Position numbers and translations under genes: made by a program. DNA of 62,356 nucleotides, taken from the NCBI GenBank assembly GCA_011109175.1, contig RDEW01000039.1, forward strand, positions 473,737 to 536,092, in the 5' to 3' direction. Within the stretch, counting starts at the first letter, position 1, and each line of letters starts with the position of its first letter. Below the pieces are notes generated by a model. The model was not told the origin of the DNA, made no database searches, and saw only the letters and a list, made by a program, of their open reading frames with translations. This DNA is from Dicyema japonicum. Taxonomy: Eukaryota > Animalia > Dicyemida. Below are positions 1 through 13,565 of the stretch, in pieces.

Positions 1-190
1 CTTCAAACAAATCCATTCAACCTGAATAGATAAACATTAGATAATGTACCCAGCCGTTTTGCTTATGGAGACGATATTAAGTTGGTGAATTTTAGTTGAG
101 ACTTTTGAATCATTCAAGCCTGTTTACAAGATAATCTGCCATTTTTTGTAATTACAAAGAACTATTCATGCAGATTTGCTAAAGTTTTCT
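1..190 (-). repeat. Partial copy of repeated unknown gene Y (mini-intron gene, degenerate)
   Basis: Clearly similar to 13250-13440, 5430-5620 and 31540-31740; runs off the window start. Confidence 0.75.
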
Positions 191-496
191 AAGAATCGGA
201 GTGGACTTTTTAAATGCCGATCTGAATTTCTCGTAAGAACCACCCTCTCTCTAAATGGGTTTCCTAGCTCCTTGCACATACGTAAGAAGGCCTGGCCGTT
301 TCTCATCGTAGCCTCATCTGAAACGAGACTGGGGATTGATTTGGAATCTGATTGCATATGCCTCATGATCTTCAGTCTGAGAGAGTTCATTGATTTTTTA
401 AATCGATTTTTAAATATTGAAGATTAATATTTAAGTACACATCGTCAATTCTTCCTTCTAAATTTAGTTAAAATTATTCCAAAGACAAAGTGTGAC

Positions 497-715
497 CAAA
501 CTAACTGAGTCCCTGATCCTGGTTCGTTCCAGCACTCCATAACTTGTCTCGAGGTAACAACATTGTCTGCCGAGGAAGAATTGTAGAACTTCTTGATGCC
601 GACCAACTATTGGGCGTCTCCTTTGTAAAATGGTTCAATGACGCCATTGGAAAGTAGGAAAATAAATTATGACCAACTAGCCACAAATCATTACATGTCG
701 CCAAATGCCAATATG
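497..715 (-). repeat. Copy of ~200-nt dispersed non-coding element
   Basis: Reverse complement aligns over about 200 nt with 38380-38590 (gtggctagtYggtca...atggcgtcat...gacgccc...tcggcat...gacaatgttgttacct). Confidence 0.75.
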
Positions 716-3700
716 TAATAAAAATAAAATTACTAATTAAAATAATAAAAAGCGTACTAATTAAAATAATAAAATGCATACTGATAAAATTCTTCTCTAA
801 AAAAATTATTTAATTGAAAATTAATTAGTCTTTTTTCAATTCTAACGACGCCTCCAATGAGCCTAGTACTAAGCCTCACTCAATAAATTTAGCAGTAACC
901 TCATTTATTGCTTCTTTCGGAATCTTCCGTCAATGTTTTCCTCCTGGATTTGCGCAGCCTTTGATGTATTTATGACGAAGTTCCAGAGTTAACTCCTTTC
1001 GGTTTTATTTCCACCGCCTACAATGAAAAAATAAACCAAACCTTTTAATCCTTATTTTTTACGAAAAATTTAACCATCTGATTGACTCATTACAAAAGTA
1101 AGAATAACTTATAGTATTTATATCTAGCAATTTTGAATATTGCTCAATTGTAGTAATAAGCGTAAGACATTCCAGGTCCTCCAACACGTTTAAGAAGTCC
1201 TTGAAGTTCCCGTAGTTGCAGTCATGACAAATTAGAAGGTTTAACATATGAATCGTATATTACGCACCTACCGTCGCATTCATCACAAAAATCTTTCAAT
1301 AGCAAAAAAGATTATCAAATAAAGTATTTTCAAACTCCAAGGAGTTTGGTATAAATATAAGATCTGCATGATGTTTAATCATATCAAAAGTACCGTATGA
1401 TAATCTCTGTCGTAGCAACCTGTTTCGCGAACTTAAAATGATTCTTCAGTCACCTCATGATAAATCCATACCAAATGCAATAATGACCATATCTCTTCCA
1501 AAGAAATTTGAAAACTGGTTTTTAACGATCTTTAACACAACTAATTGATGTAAATCCCCGTTGCTCCTTGTACGTCCTCGTTCAACTATATCGAAAATCT
1601 AAAAAATGGCGGATTCGAGAAGATTTACTGTAACAGGAACTGACTGGTAAACAGGATCTCAAGTAAAGCAATTTATAAGAAATTTGGTGTAAGCCAATAA
1701 ACCTGTCGATAATGTCGTCACGGTGAAGACTATTCAAGCATATCCTGAGAATAAAGTTGATAACAGGAACTGACTGGTAAACAGGATCTCAAGTAAAGCA
1801 ATTTATAAGAAATTTGGTGTAAGCCAATAAACCTGTCGATAATGTCGTCACGGTGAAGACTATTCAAGCATATCCTGAGAATAAAGTTGACATCCCCGCC
1901 AAACAGAGCAACGGAAAAGTACTATGTCTGTCAAGAGGGCCGTTTTCGCGGAAGAATAAAATAACTTTCCCAGTAGTCCTGCTATACGACTCGTAGAACT
2001 TTAAAAAAAGAAGTCACATCAGCAAAAGTATTATGGCTCTCTTGAAAATGCTTTATAATAAGATTAAATGTGATCCACTTCTCAGGAAACGCTCAGTGCT
2101 TGACAGGCACTCTCTATTCTACTCCCGTATATGGATAGTCGTCATGCTTGAGAAAAATTTGTCTTGCTCCGATCGTAGAAACTGGATACACGTTGATTAA
2201 ATTTTAACCTTTTCCGCATAGCCATAGGAGAGTTGTTTTAATCTGCGTCCATTAACAAAATAAGTGGTGAACTTATAGAGCTCTCCTCAGTAGTAGCATG
2301 CTGTGATCGAATATACATTTTCTATAAATCTTAGTTATTAAGGAAACAAGTCATATTTTATATATGTGCACCACCAGGCAAGAGGTAGTTGGAAATTCCA
2401 CAGACGATGACCATTCAATGTAATTAACGCTGCTCCAGAAATTTTTCATACAAAACCACGTGGGTATTTTCAATTTTGACAAGTGCAGTTATACCGATAC
2501 TTCAGCCGCTTCAGTTGTTTAAGAGAAATAGGAGACTGTTAAATAACTAATCCGAGGTTTAGTCAGAATAGTTTCTCCTGTAAGAATATGTACCCACAAT
2601 CTAACTTACCTTTTCCGTTTTCTCCGTATTCAGACTAATCGTCATTTCTCTATTTATCTTATGAAAAATAATGTTGAATTTGTAAACTATTAAAAATTCT
2701 AAATAAATCATAAAACATAGGGTTTCCAGGCCATTGGCTTCACTTTCACGACCATTAGCGTCAAGCCCTTACAGTAAAGCATATCGAATTCGCCATCAAA
2801 TTCTGAAAATGTGAAATTCTCTAAGAAAAATCTCGAATCAACGACAATTTTTAAAAATCATTCAAGTAAGTTTTTTAATGTTTGATAGACATTACCACTC
2901 TTTTTTTTATTTCTCATCCTGTGAATAAGATTTGTGGAGATGGAATTAGGAAACGTAGGATACACTAGGTTTGGATTTGAAATTGGTATAAAATTAAAGA
3001 GACCATCACCCCCAAAATTGAAAAACTAAGAGGAGGATGCGCGTGTGATAGTTTTTATGCTGCTAATAATATGGTCTAGTCAACAAAAATAAAAGAAAAT
3101 AAAAAATTAAGACTATAGTCAAATAATTATCTTTAAAAGATGTCCAAGACTTTATTAATTGAAAAACTGAGAGGAGGATGCGCGTGTGATAGTTTTTATG
3201 CTGCTAATAATATGGTCTAGTCAACAAAAATAAAAGAAAATAAAAAATTAAGACTATAGTCAAATAATTATCTTTAAAAGATGTCCAAGACTTTATTTTA
3301 TTATCAGTTGGACAAAGGAAACTCAATACCTGGTTTGGAATCTCATCTAGTGCCAAATTTGGAGTACCTTGATGGAGTCTGTTTTGTCAGAAACAAAAGA
3401 ATTATTTAGTCCACTCATTTTAGAAAAGAGATTCGCAATACAGTGCTGACATCATCTAAGAAATCACATTTTCCGTTATATCATCTACCAGATTAAAAAA
3501 ATAATTTAATGAAATAACAGTAGGAACACTGATTCTTCTTCCTTTACTTGATGACCGCTTTTTACTTTGAATTCCCCCTTGAAACGTTTTTTACCTAATT
3601 TTATAAAATAATTTTCAAACTATTGTTGAATGGTCTCTAACATTTAGAAAATTAGCTTGCGAAAATTAATTTGATAAAAAAAGAATTTAGTGATTGTCCG

Positions 3701-4108
3701 CTAAGAAAAAAGATTTAAGCTTTATGGACTGTTGCTAGCCGAAGGAGGTATAAATGAGTACGATTTCAAGGAAGAGTGTGTAACCGAGGTACATGGTGTC
3801 CTTAATTATTTTTAAGAGAAACCATTAGCAACATCTATAACATTAGGTACGATTTATACGTCCGTCACATGATCTTAGGCACTTTCTGTAGGTTTATGTA
3901 AGATGAACTGCGCACCCGTTCTCTCCACTAAGTTCTCAAAGGAGGTAGGGTCTGCCATAGTGGACGAGAACTTCCTAGGGTTCTTAACAATGACTGGATG
4001 ACCATGATTTTCTTTGTGTATTCTTTTGGTTAAGGTGGTGACGTCCCTCTTGAAAAGTATGCCTGAAAAACACGAAAATTGCAACCTAAATGACTTCTCT
4101 CTTTAAAG

Positions 4109-4700
4109 TTCAATGTCAAAGGACTCTCTAGTGCATGGAAAAGAAAAGAACTTTGTGAAGACCTTTCAAAATACAAGATATCAATCGGATGTCTCCAAGA
4201 GACAAAAATATCGAAGGAGTTTGAAATCTTATACAAGAGAACAGGAACTGAGCCAATATCATGTGAGATACTGATTCAAGATGGAGGCTCTTTGGACACA
4301 TACTCCGCCACGATATGGGGACCCCTGCCAACATAGCAATNNNNNNNNNNNNNACTCTCTAGTGCATGGAAAAGAAAAGAACTTTGTGAAGACTTTTCAA
4401 AATACAAGATATCAATCTGATATCTCCAAGAGACAAAAATATCGAAGGAGTTTGAAATCTTATACAAGAGAACAGGAACTGAGCCAATATCATGTGAGAT
4501 TACTGATTCAAGATCTTTGGACACATACTCCGCCACGATATGGGGACCCCTGCCAACATAGCAATGGAGGAGTATTTTGTCTTAGAAGCTTCTCGTTTCC
4601 GCGGCCGGCTGAGGACAACACTGCCGGTTATTCTAGATGAAGATCTCAGGATACGCTACGGAACATCGAAAAAGATGGGGGACGTTAATTAGATTGTTAA
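4109..4700 (+). mobile_element. Internally deleted RTE-type non-LTR retroelement (APE N-terminus fused to RT C-terminus)
   Basis: FNVKGLSSAWKRKELCEDLSKYKISIGCLQETK (APE start) runs in frame into LYKRTGTEPISCEI, followed by (RWRL)FGHILRHDMGTPANIAMEEYF..RFRGRLRTTLPVILDEDL (RTE RT end). The central ~215 bp is present twice, either side of a 13-N junction. Confidence 0.8.
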
Positions 4701-5295
4701 CTTTTCGTGTTGCACATGCTTTGTCATGATCTTGGCATCGCGTACGTGCCTAGAATAATAATTCACTGAGTTCTTAACCAGAATTAGTCAATTGTTATTT
4801 GAGTAAAGAGCATTGGGACCGTTTTTCTGTAGGTATGTGTTCAAACAATCTTTTNNNNNNNNNNNNNNNNNNNNNNNNNNNNNNNNNNNNNNNNNNNNNN
4901 NNNNNNNNNNNNNNNNNNNNNNNNNNNNNNNNNNNNNNNNNNNNNNNNNNNNNNNNNNNNNNNNNNNNNNNNNNNNNNNNNNNNNNNNNNNNNNNNNNNN
5001 NNNNNNNNNNNNNNNNNNNNNNNNNNNNNNNNNNNNNNNNNNNNNNNNNNNNNNNNNNNNNNNNNNNNNNNNNNNNNNNNNNNNNNNNNNNNNNNNNNNN
5101 NNNNNNNNNNNNNNNNNNNNNNNNNNNNNNNNNNNNNNNNNNNNNNNNNNNNNNNNNNNNNNNNNNNNNNNNNNNNNNNNNNNNNNNNNNNNNNNNNNNN
5201 NNNNNNNNNNNNNNNNNNNNNNNNNNNNNNNNNNNNNNNNNNNNNNNNNNNNNNNNNNNNNNNNNNNNNNNNNNNNNNNNNNNNNNNNNNNNNNN

Positions 5296-6270
5296 AATAT
5301 AAGAAATATTTTCTCAAATTATGCTCCAATTTTCACTTTCTGAAAAAAAGGAATTACTGATATTTCTGCCCAATCAATTTTGACAAAGTCATGGGATTTA
5401 AAAACTATTTGATGATGTTTCTGCCCTTTAAACAAATCCACTCAACTTGAATTGAAAACTTAAGAAAATTTACCCCGCGTTTTGCTCATGGAGACGATTT
5501 GCTAAGATTAAGTTGGGTGAAATTTATGGAACACTCTTGAATCATTTAGCCTGTTTAAAAGATAATCCTCGATTTTTGTAAATACAGACAATTATTCATG
5601 TAGAATTGCAAAAGTTTTATAATTTTCTAGGAATAGGCATTCGTCTTGTATGGTTGTTGGGAGACGTATTATTAAACAATTTCTGGATATCCATCATCAA
5701 ATCATGGGTTGAAAAATGCCTAAATTGACGGAATTTTGCACAAACGGTTCCTTCAGACTGTTCATTAAATGTAGGTGTGATTGAACCAAGAAAGTTCAAT
5801 TCTTTGAAGGACCATTGAAGAAAGTCTTGGTTATTCTGAAACAAGATTCCCTCTGACATTGTGGTCTTGGTTATCCATATTTGAAAGGATGTGGAGGCAA
5901 AGGGGACTGTGACGAATCAAGCTCGATGTGGTCTCAAATCAGTTTACATGTATTAAGGAAGATCATATTGTAGAAATGTATGACCTAATTTACAGATTAG
6001 CATACTTTAACTATTGTCGGGAGACTGTTAAATAGTGAGTTTGACCTGTTTTCATGTAAAATGTTAATTCATTTTGTTGGACTGATCGTTAATCATATTG
6101 TAGAAATGTATGACCTAATTTACAGATTAGCATACTTTAACTATTGTCGGGAGACTGTTAAATAGTGAGTTTGACCTGTTTTCATATAAAATGTTAATTC
6201 ATTTTGTTGGACTGATCGTCAATTATGTATGGACTGATCTTGTGATTTTGATTTTTTGAAATGCTCAGCC
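5296..6270 (-). pseudogene. Unknown gene Y, long degenerate copy
   Basis: Colinear with 31420-32370. Shared reading-frame blocks such as ESCFRITK, NSVNLGI, WISRNCLIIR, TTIQDECL.LENYKT.AILHE and DFVKIDW; contains stops and frameshifts. Confidence 0.6.
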
Positions 6271-6467
6271 ACTATTATATAAGCACACTAAAAACAATTT
6301 ATTTGCTGTATTTTTAAAATATAGCTAAGAATGTTTGGATGATTCATGTGGAAGACGTTGAACACGGAAAGTCACATACTTACCTTTGCTGGTTACTTTT
6401 TTATTATCAAAGAGTATAAAATTACTACTGAATATTTTGATTGGTTTTTTGAATATGGAGGGTTTTT

Positions 6468-6765
6468 ATCGGGTGGCATATTGCTAGGGTGTCGGGCCAA
6501 GGTGGCTTCGGTAACGGCTTTGGTTACGGTAATATCGCTGATGTTTACCTGCGTAAATTCAACGAATCTACTATGCTGAAGGGGCTAAACGAACGACGCC
6601 GTCATCAGTGGAAACTAACTGCGGAACTGGATTGTCTAGAAGGACCCACACACAAGAAAAAAAGAAATGAAAATCATTCTTTCGTTCTACGAATAGTTAA
6701 AATTAACTGTTCTTTACTTAAATAAAGTGAGTCCTGTATATGTGGAATTATAAATATAAAAGGCT
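6468..6765 (+). mobile_element. tRNA-derived SINE, near full-length degenerate copy
   Basis: 5' part aligns with the tRNA-like head at 60258-60330 (minus). Body and tail align with 59735-59955 (minus), which ends in (TTA)n. Confidence 0.7.
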
Positions 6766-7047
6766 GTTTTAATTAGGGTTTTTGGACTTCAAAAAGTTTC
6801 TGGTAATACCAAATTTTCATATGAATTATCTGAACGAATTTGATCATTTGGAATTGGTGCGTTTGGAAAACCAAATAAAATTGGTTTTTATGAAAAAAAT
6901 CAAGTTTATCTTTGTTCAAAGTTAATATAACTGGCTGCCCATTATATCGAGTGCCCATGTGACATAATAGTGTCAAACTAAGATTTCCGATATTGTAGGA
7001 AAATATTTTATATATTGTTATTTGAGCGACATCACAATGCGTGATTT

Positions 7048-7320
7048 TAAATCCAGTTTTTAATGTTATTGCAAATATAACAAAATTTAAGAAATTTCGA
7101 CATCTTGTTTGGAACAGTAGGCTAGTTCATTATTTAATGTATATTTTGAGTTATTTTACAGGAAATACTGCAAACATATTTATTGCTCAATTGTCTATAA
7201 TATCACGTGTAATACTTTGTGCAATTTTATGATCGATTCGATTGAAGCTTCCTACGATCCAAGATTATCTAAAGAGATTCTTATGATAATTTATAAGTAA
7301 ACAGAATGGAATCACGTATA
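7048..7320 (+). pseudogene. ZYG11/ZER1-like internal fragment
   Basis: Near-identical to 12440-12710, including the 23-nt intron gtatattttgagttattttacag. Confidence 0.75.
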
Positions 7321-7849
7321 TAGCGAGAGAGTGGCAATCTACTCTTCCATGCTGCAAAAATTTTGTATATAATGTTTCCATTCCATCATCTCGTCCATTC
7401 ACATGAAAAGAAAAGGAACGAAAGGTGGTATCTTTCTTAAAAAGAATAAGACATTCTAAAATATAAGCAAGTCATAAACTTAACCATCTAGCGTTATAGC
7501 GTTATTATTTTTAATTTTTAAATTTTAAATAAAATTTTTAAAAGAAAATTATCAATTTTTTTATTTCATAAAAAAGTAATCTCGTCATTTAAGATTTCGC
7601 AAGGATTAAGATAGAGATAAGCTTAGAATTAAATACCGGAAAGAAATTGTGCGTTTCGTAGACTTACAATTGATTTTGTTCTTTTCTAACTATGACTAGT
7701 CTCGTTCGTCCCTATTGTCGATTTCATAAAACTAATACTTTTTTTATTCTATTGGAATAATATATAGAATGCTATCCTCATTTAAGGACGACAGGTAAGA
7801 CAGCGATTACTGTCCCTAAATTATGATTGGAATGGCTGTTTTTTCTGGA

Positions 7850-8250
7850 GCGCTTAGAAAACTATACTTGAGTGGTTTTCGGGTAAATGATGTCTTTTGG
7901 CTTAATGATCACTCAAATTGATATTCTTTATGATGGATGGAAGATGTAACTCGTCTTAACATTGCAGTGGTTAGATAAGTTGTCTTTTTTGTTGTAAAAA
8001 GCTTATCTCGGATAGATCTGATTTGAACAGATGGAGACATTCATTGTACTTTCATTACAAACCTCGTTAGGTAGACACGGATATCCTTAAAGTTTCGTTC
8101 TCTCGGTTACGTATAGTGAAATATTGACTTTTGTTTTTACATTATCCTTTCGAACTCGTATACACATCAATTGGGAATCTTCTTTACCTTTAATGCTGGT
8201 TCTGAACGGACTTGTATGACATTGGAAAGAGTCTGTTTCAATGACAGTGA
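7850..8250 (-). mobile_element. Possible Gypsy gag relic
   Basis: FERIM...FTIRNRENETLR...RGL...C resembles the F..R.Q..GE...Y...LR.L...C gag pattern; heavily interrupted. Confidence 0.3.
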
Positions 8251-9929
8251 AACTGGAAACACTTAATTAGGTTTAACTTCTTTCTATCTGGGGGAGAGGT
8301 TTTTGTGTCAATTATCAATTTATCTAGAAATTTTCCATTACTATTCAGATGACGATTTTGATATTTACTAGATAAAGCTAGGTAACCAAATCATAACTAG
8401 GAAGCTATTTTCGCTCAATGTTTTTTATAGGCAAAATGATTCAACGATATTATCAAACTATATTATTAATGTAGGTTTTCCACTATGCAACTGACTTGTT
8501 AGGTTCTGAATAGGTATTAGTAGGCGAGATTCAAGGAGTAGGTATTTTTTCTAAAAAGTTTGTATTTAGATGTGACGTCATTTTATCAGTAAGAACGGGG
8601 GTCCATGGAAACGTTTTTCTTGACTAACATTGTAGTACTATACTGTGTTTTGCAGGGATACCATTTTCATCTTCAAGATAAGCCAGGTTAGTCTCCAGCA
8701 AAACTCCATTTTCTTTAGAATTATTAGCTTACATCGCATTCTTATTCTTTCTGTGTGTGCCTTCTGGGATCCAACGCAATTTCTTAGTGGTCGGCGTGAT
8801 TTGGGGAATAGAAATTGGAAAAGTGTGATGTACATCCTTTTCATAAGATATGTCCTGTATGTGTAATGTTGGGAGTTTCACCACCTGCACAATGCAGCAG
8901 ATCCCATCCCATTTTTTCGAATAACGTCTTCAAGTGATGAGATGAGTAGTTTTCTAGTTTTCGAAATTACTAATAGTAGTCACATTTGCTGTTTTTTATT
9001 TTAATTTATAATTACAGATAACTATTTTGTATTACTGATATATGGAGACATACATACCGTCTAATTTCGGCGTTTTTATAAAGTCAAATTAGCTAGATTA
9101 GAAGGTCTTATCGCAATTGTCATTTTGACAACAAGGGCACTATCGTTTACCATGGTAATGCATGGATATCATATTAAGTCGGATAAAGCATCCCATTTGA
9201 GGCCAGATATATCGAAAATGTTGCAACTATAGAAGACTGTCGGTATCTCCAAGACACCTGGGAATTGAAGAATTTCGATCATTCTACGCATTCTACAATG
9301 ATTTTAAAGTTTTTGCGAAATTTATCCTTGGCCTATAACTACACCGAAAATGGGGTCATCTAGTATCGATAGTATAGTTCAGAAACGAAAATCTTGGTTA
9401 TTTTAGTTGTTTTTTTAGACTATTTAAGACAGAATGTTCGTGTTACCAGAATTGTTGATATTTTTGTTAAACTAACTACAGGAATTGACCTCACGAAAAA
9501 CTCATAATATTTTTCTATTACTTGATAATTGGTTTTCTAAGAGATATTTTCGATTTCTTTTTTAAACTATTTCAGTCTTGCTTAGTGACGTAGATACTTC
9601 GACACATCTCGATTCTTGTTCACCAATGGAAATTGTCTTTTCCTGTCTATCGATTGGAACAAATGTTATATTTCAATGGGATCATAAATATCCGATTTGT
9701 ATATAATGAACCATATGCAGACTTGTTATTTTCAACAAATCAGTTAGATAAAGAAATTTATGTAAAATGTACATCAAAGCTCAAACTACTGTATGGTCTC
9801 TTGTCGAAGTCATATCTGTTTTTCAAACTTGCCGGTGTCGTTACGAAGGCTTACGTTCCAGGTAACCTAACTAAAGAAAATACAATTTGATTCAGGTTAA
9901 CGATTTTTTTCTATGAGGTGAAAGGTCTA

Positions 9930-10545
9930 GAAGCGATTATTAATTTTTTTTAATTGTGTTTTCCATAAAATTAGAACACGGCGTTTTTTTAACTTGGATT
10001 GAATGATAATCCAATAATCTCGAATGTTTAGCTACTATATTTGTTTAAGAATATTTATGCAACAGAGAGACTAGTTAACGAAGCTGTTAAACGCTCGGAA
10101 GTTAAGTTTGTAATCCACTATGACATATTTTTGGCTTGCTAAATGTCTTTATTTCCTGGATATATTTTCTAGATTTGTTTTTGGTGCACTTAAAGACAAA
10201 AGTTTTTTAAATAAAAAACCATCAGAAATGCCAGTAGAAGTTCTAATCATGTCTGACCAACATCGGCAGTTCTACCTTAGGGGGGAACAAAGAAATTACT
10301 ATATAGTCGCCAATTCCCAATGTTCCCATTAATATAGAGGAATTATACTAAGTTGATAATTTTTACGAGTTTCAACTTAATTAAGCTAAACTAACATGAA
10401 ATTGTCGTCAAAAAGAAGAAACATTTTTCTGTCCTTTGAATTCAAATAACCACTTTATCCACGATAAGTTTAGAACAATTTAAGGATTAGCAGATCCTTC
10501 AAAGTTTTATTGTAACGAATGCCTTCAATTCATTTGACTTCAAGA
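9930..10545. repeat. Partial copy of ~1.4-kb repeat unit X
   Basis: Aligns with 13960-14680 and 36010-36610. Confidence 0.85.
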
Positions 10546-10669
10546 TGTATTAAGATCGTCAATTGTTTATTAGTTTACTATTGAGATCGTCATTAAATAA
10601 TCACAATTTCTAGTTTATTATTAATAATAATATTAATAATAAAGATATTTTAAAATCTAATTAATTCAT

Positions 10670-13006
10670 ATGTTTAGTAACGAAATGCAGATTTTCTCTT
10701 TGTATTCAATATGTATAAATGATTTTCGAAAAAATTTTGATTTGAATCAATATAATAAATTAAATTCAAAATCAAAGATGATGATTTCTAAAAGAATACA
10801 TTATGAGATAAAATATTTTGATTATTTTAATTCACAAATAATATCATCAATTTTCGATGATTTCTCGAAATTCAATAAATGTCGTGAAGTCTGTTATAAC
10901 GTTTATTGCCTCGATTTATCCAAAAATCAAATTGAAATTAAAGATTTAGCAAATTTGTGCCGAATACTTCCAAATTTAATAAATATCAGATTAGCAAAAA
11001 TAATATCTTCTGAAAATTTGACTTTACTGCAGTTTACTCCAAATAATATCAATTCTTTCACACTTTTGGATTTTGATGACCCAATTTCATTACATTTGCT
11101 AATTAAAAGCGGATTTAGTGAAATTAGGTCACTTGAACTTTTTTCAAATTCTCCAATAAAAAAAAATAATCCTACAACAATATATTGCGATACAATCAAA
11201 CTGATCAAAGAACTTGAAAGAATTAATTTTGACAATTTTATGATTTCCAATTTCGAAAATTTTTCCAAATGTCTGAACAGTCCAGAATCTTTAAAGTTTT
11301 TTGTTTGTTATATTGAGATACTTTTCGTATACAAGCAGCAAAAATGTCCATGAATTAAGCTGTGATTTTATACCTTTGTTAATATTAGCCAAAAATTAAG
11401 AATTCTTTAATTTGTCAGGATTCTCAATAAATAATGAATTATTAAACCCGTATTTTATTTCTGAATTTTAGAGAACTGTTCAAAAGAGAAATTCAGAAGT
11501 TTAGTTACGATAAAATTTCGCAATTTTTCAAAAATAATAACAAAGTCATATATTTATCATTTATTATAGATTAACTCAAATTTTATGATGCATAATTTTG
11601 TCAATGCAATTTTTTATTTCGAACATAAAGATGAGCTTATTTGTTATACACTAACTAATATTTGTGAATGTGATTATGAAATTCGATCTTCACTTTATAA
11701 ACAATTTTTGAGAGTATATTGGTGAGTACATTTAAGTTCATTTGCCGTTTGTTGAGAACATCAAAAAATCCCAACGTTATTAAAACAATTATGTAATTGT
11801 GTTTGTATATAAATAATAGGCATTGTCTGATAAATAAAATCAAAAATAAAAACATTTCTAAATCATATAGATGGTTGAAGTTTATGTAATTTAGCCTTGT
11901 TTATCAAACGATATTAATTATTCTAAAAAATAATTGCAGAGATACTGAGGTTGTCACGATTTTAAAATTTTCAGTTCATGAATGATTTAGATTGTTTGAT
12001 GTACCATCTACAAACATGGAACTTATCAAAAAATGTATTTTAATTATCTAATTAAAGTTTCTGTCGATTTCAATGATTATTCAGACAATCATAAACCTGG
12101 TTCATACGCTTTTAATTTATGAAAATCCACTTAATGTCGTATATACTCCGATGTGGATGTTAAGTCTCGAAGTAATGTCCTATTTGGGATTTTATGGCAC
12201 TCTAAAGGTGATTGTGAATTTAATTTCAGTTATTAGTTGATTACATTGATAAGAATAAAGATTTGATAAATGATTCTTTTTGTAATATTTCTTGGGATTT
12301 TATATCGTATCTTCTTGGTAAAATTATTTTATTTATGTGATAGATGATAATCTTAAAAATATTACCTTGTTTGTAGAGTTGGGCGGGATTAATTTAATTC
12401 TAGATTTTTTTCGAGAATATATTAAAAATAAATACATTTTATGTCCAGTTTTTAATGTTATTGCAAATCTATCAAAATTTAAGAAATTTCGACATTTTGT
12501 TTGGAACAGTAGGCTGGTTCATTATTTAATGTATATTTTGAGTTATTTTACAGGGAATACAGCAAACATATTTATTGCTCATTTGTCTATAATACCATGT
12601 GCAATACTTTGTGCAACTTAATGATTGATTCGATTGAAGCTTCCTACGATCCAAGATTGACTGAAGAGATTCTTATGATAATTTATAAGTTAACAGAATG
12701 GAATCACGTTCGTATCCATTATCGCGAATATCATCGGTATTAAATCAATTTAATAAAGATCGATTGATAACCTAGTAGAACTTTTTAATGAACAATTTGA
12801 CCAAAGATTATGGTTTAGAGCAATACTGATTTGCCATAGGATGATTAAAGAATCACGTAATATTTTTTAATGATATAGCAAACAAATATGTGCCAATGAT
12901 GAGGTCTAAAAATGTACGTAATAAAATTGTCAAGGTATGCTTACTTTCAAATATGAAGCGTTTAAAAAAACATGCTCAGGAAGTTATAGAATTATATGAT
13001 GTATAA
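10670..13006 (+). pseudogene. ZYG11/ZER1-like LRR + ARM protein, disrupted, with mini-introns
   Basis: 227-aa LRR-like first ORF. After removing GT-AG introns at 12208-12229, 12318-12343, 12531-12553, 12737-12758 and 12935-12958, the frame reads ISWDFISYLLDDNLKNITLFVELGG..VFNVIANLSKFKKFR..VYNTMCNTLCNLMID..YHRSIDNLVELF..DQRLWFRAI. This matches ZER1/ZYG11 C-terminal motifs (AWS.LWN.TDE.P.NC..F...GG; SYNACGVLSHI; NYRSF.PIL.LL; QHWA.WAL). In-frame stops occur near 11397 and 11980, and a frameshift near 12865. Confidence 0.75.
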
Positions 13007-13129
13007 TAAGTATTATTTTAGAACTATACTTCAGATAATTATATAGCTCGTTATAATTAATTAATACTATTTTATCAGATTTTATTGACATTTTGTAATT
13101 AATAAGTTAAATAGAATTTAAAAAATATC

Positions 13130-13450
13130 TTTTCAATTTATGATCCAATTTTCATTTTCTGAAAAAGAGAATTACTGATTTTTCTGTCCAATCAATTTTG
13201 ACAAAGTCATAGGATTTATTGGCTATTTGCTGATATTTCTGCTCTTAAAACAAATCCATTCAACCTGAATTGATAATTTTAGAAAATGTATACCGCCGTT
13301 CTGCTTATGTAGACGATTTGCTATTATTACAGTTGTGTGAATTTTGTTGGAACACTCTTGAATCATTTAGCCTTTTTAAAAGATAATCTGCTATTTTTGT
13401 AAATACAGAGAATTATGCATGCAGAATTGCTAAGTTTATAATTTTCCATA
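13130..13450 (-). pseudogene. Unknown gene Y, 3' fragment, convergent with the ZYG11-like gene
   Basis: Same sequence as 31420-31740; contains a 29-nt GT-AG intron-like segment and ends ...DFVKIDWTEKSVILFFRK*. Confidence 0.65.
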
Positions 13451-13492
13451 TTGATGTCTTTTTAAAGTAATTTGAAAAATTTTCAAAGTAGA

Positions 13493-13565
13493 CGCCACCG
13501 CCCGGACTCTAACCAGCAATCTTGAGGTTAACAGCCGCACGCGCTAACCATTGCGTCACAGCGGC
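13493..13565 (-). tRNA. tRNA-Asn(GTT)-like gene, probably pseudogene
   Basis: 73-nt cloverleaf: acceptor GCCGCTG/CGGTGGC, anticodon loop CT-GTT-AA, G73. The T-loop is TTAGAGT (TTC lost), and the anticodon and T stems each have one mismatch. Confidence 0.75.

Noticed and set aside
1100-2650. Gypsy-like protease and integrase hints on the minus strand
   Set aside because: Motifs are too decayed and their order is wrong for a single element; not supportable as a feature.
4617-4628. aacactgccggt resembling a twister ribozyme core
   Set aside because: The downstream twister motifs are absent, and the bases encode TTLPV of the RTE C-terminus.
6489-6725. Gly-rich ORF (GQGGFGNGFGYGN) with bacterial-looking codons, possible horizontal transfer
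   Set aside because: It aligns with the tRNA-like SINE head at 60258-60330, so it is a chance frame in a SINE.
11340-12130. Possible TGA=Trp or TAA/TAG=Gln (ciliate) recoding to rescue in-frame stops
   Set aside because: The 227-codon AT-rich ORF and all spliced exons use only CAA/CAG for Gln and TGG for Trp; spliced genes end in both TAA and TGA; frameshifts co-occur with the stops.
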